This document shows positions 61,908 through 64,000 of a stretch of DNA of 64,000 bases, piece after piece. The position numbers were made by a program, and so were the translations under genes. Location of the stretch: NCBI GenBank assembly GCA_965218095.1, contig OZ244587.1:5408001-5472000 (forward strand), written 5' to 3'. Position 1 is the stretch's first letter, and each line of letters begins with the position of its first letter. Origin of the DNA: Candidatus Poribacteria bacterium (lineage in GTDB: Bacteria > Poribacteria > WGA-4E > PCPOR2b). Below the pieces are notes generated by a model. That model ran no database searches, had not been told where the DNA came from, and saw only the letters and a list, made by a program, of their open reading frames with translations.

Positions 61908-62177
61908 TAGAGCCTCTCCCAAAAATGTCATCCTGAGTGCAACGAAAGATCTCAAGGATAGTGGAAATTGAGATTCTTCACTTCGTTCAGAATGACAAGG
62001 TAAAAGCTAACAGAATCAGGACTTACGTACTTGAATGTTCCAAATTGAGCTGCAACCTGTTATAAATCCTGTATCTTGAATCGTGCACCAGATGCAGGAT
62101 ACAGGATGCAAAGTTCAGCATAGACACTCATTTCTTGTAGAAACTGCGTAAGTCCTAAGAATTTGGGATAGGCTCTT
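61908..62177. mobile_element. Nested MITE/REP cluster
   Basis: Outer IR AGAGCCTCTCCCAAA / TTTGGGATAGGCTCT; hairpin 61926-61997; inner IR CAGGACTTACGTA / TGCGTAAGTCCTA. Confidence 0.6.
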
Positions 62178-62189
62178 AGTGCAGTCCGT

Positions 62190-63686
62190 TCACGTTTCAT
62201 CCCTGATAAGTCGCAGGCGGACGTGCCCAAACTCAAACGCCCCCGACGATGAGCCGGTAAAGACTTCTGCATTGAGCCCCCAGGCCAGTTTGTAAGCCGC
62301 AAGGATCTGGATCATGGAGTTAGAAGTATCACCGTGACAAAGAACGGCGACGGTCCCACCGCCACCGCCGCCGGTAATTTTCGCGCCGTAGAAACCACCC
62401 TGTACCCCAATCTTCCGAACCGATCCCACAATCTGATTCACCTGTAATGAGCCAAGGCCGACCCGGCAACGATAGCTCCAATCCGATGTGTACATCAGTT
62501 TTCCCGCATTCATCAGATGCCTCCGAATGTTTTGCGGTTCGGCATTTGCTTTTTTGAGATACATGATAAACTTCTGCACGCGGGCGTGTTCGTAAATCGG
62601 ATGTTCGACACGGCTGCGAACATGATAGGTCTTTTCGGGCTCGACTTGCGTAACGGTATCAACCGTTTCGCCGTATCGGTCAAGGAAATCTGCCCCTTTC
62701 ATCCGCGCGGGCAAAATCTCCCAACACTTTCGACGAAAATCTTCCACAGAGAGTTTGCACAGGTAATTATCCCGAAGTTCCTCCAGATCCAACTCTCTCT
62801 GAAGGATGGTCAGTCCCATAAATGCGGCGGTACGGGCATCAATATAGGCGGAACTCGATGTGCTCCGTTTGGCTTTGCTGTAGATACCGATCAACCTCGT
62901 ATTCGGAGGAAGTGGGACAGTTTCAAGAATCTGATCCGGCTGGCAGCGGATGGAGAGAATTCGATCCTTTTCTCCGACGGCAACGGTAATCTGATCCATA
63001 ATGCCACACGGGGTGCCGACGATACGGTTTTCGACAATTTGCCCGATTCGAGCGATTTCTAACGCACCGAGATTGAGCCCATATAGATGGTTGATTGCTG
63101 TCAGAGCCGCTACTTCGATTGCCGCAGAAGAGCTGATCCCCGCCCCCATTGGGATATTGCTCTTAATAGCAACGGCTGCGCCGTGTGGTAGGCGATCGAC
63201 TTTCCGCTCTTTTAGAAGCGCGAAAAATCCACCGAGAACGTATCCTGCCCACAGGGTTTGTGGACTTTGCCCGAAAAGTTGGCGGGCCTGCTCGTAAGAT
63301 TTAAGGTTCCCGTCTGTGTAGAAGTCATCGAGGGAGATCTGTAGGGCCGGCAGATGCCCTTCCGTAGAAACGGCAAAGGTTAACGCACTCAACCGGCGAT
63401 CCCGTCTTGCCTGGCAACCGACGACTGCTGCACGGTCGAGTGTCGATTCAAAGACGTTGGCGCCGCAGTAGTCAGCAATCCCACCCATGACATCGAGCCG
63501 CGCTGGTGCTTTTGTGATGATGACTTCTCCACTTTTTTCAAATCCATATTCGCCAAACATCCGAAAATCTTCATAGTGCAGCATGGATTCAAATTCAAGG
63601 ATTTCATAAAGTTTGGTTTCGGGGCCAAAAATCTGTTCAATTTTCATGGGGTTGTGCCCCTTGAGGACTTCGGTGGTTGCGTCCAT
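62190..63686 (-). CDS. GHMP-family sugar kinase (galactokinase/arabinokinase-like)
   Basis: 'APARLDVMGG', 'PMGAGISSSAA', 'CGIMDQ', 'GAKITGGGGGG'; start uncertain. Confidence 0.85.
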   Translation of the reverse strand: MDATTEVLKGHNPMKIEQIFGPETKLYEILEFESMLHYEDFRMFGEYGFEKSGEVIITKAPARLDVMGGIADYCGANVFESTLDRAAVVGCQARRDRRLSALTFAVSTEGHLPALQISLDDFYTDGNLKSYEQARQLFGQSPQTLWAGYVLGGFFALLKERKVDRLPHGAAVAIKSNIPMGAGISSSAAIEVAALTAINHLYGLNLGALEIARIGQIVENRIVGTPCGIMDQITVAVGEKDRILSIRCQPDQILETVPLPPNTRLIGIYSKAKRSTSSSAYIDARTAAFMGLTILQRELDLEELRDNYLCKLSVEDFRRKCWEILPARMKGADFLDRYGETVDTVTQVEPEKTYHVRSRVEHPIYEHARVQKFIMYLKKANAEPQNIRRHLMNAGKLMYTSDWSYRCRVGLGSLQVNQIVGSVRKIGVQGGFYGAKITGGGGGGTVAVLCHGDTSNSMIQILAAYKLAWGLNAEVFTGSSSGAFEFGHVRLRLIRDET

Positions 63687-64000
63687 AAAGCGGTCTCCGA
63701 TCAAGATTGATTGAAGGTTACCCGGAATATAGGCTTTATCATCATTATAATATATTGTTGGTATTGTGTTGTCAACATCTTTGTCGTTAGTCCTCAACTT
63801 TATGCGGCTGCAGATTTCCAGGTTTTGTAGAATTTGCAAAGGTTACTGAATTCCAGAGACCCCATCAGTTTGGTTGATTTCTTTCGGCGAAAAGAGATCT
63901 AAAATACTGCGCTTTTTGATAGACACCTCCACGAATGTATGATAGCATAGTCTGTGATCGGGGTGTGATGCTAGGAGATGATTGACAGTCCTTGGCGGGG

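Overview
Bacterial chromosomal window. The gene style (dapL, PorV-like, PEP-CTERM, FGE-sulfatase, many MITE/REP scars) suggests a Candidatus Poribacteria-like diderm; this is inference. Content in order: an Fe-S/sigma-factor region; a czcCBA-type RND efflux operon with an inserted four-helix-bundle gene; proA; an IS5-bounded island (Cre-like recombinase remnant, type III R-M, TA pairs); a peptidoglycan-recycling region (anmK, namZ, serine hydrolase); a ~9 kb minus-strand selenoneine-type cluster (egtD, ABC transporter, senA, selD/senC, senB); several pseudogenes; and a three-gene cytochrome cluster including a Cyc2-like heme-porin fusion. Best lead: two genes of the selenoneine cluster are split in the ORF track only by single in-frame TGA codons at conserved Cys positions, each followed by a bacterial-SECIS-like hairpin. 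One is SelD (C-G-U-A-A-K). The other, unexpectedly, is a MetE-like (methionine synthase II family) Zn enzyme with H-L-U-R-G-N, a candidate selenoprotein embedded in the selenoneine operon. Product calls come from motif recognition only; no searches were run.
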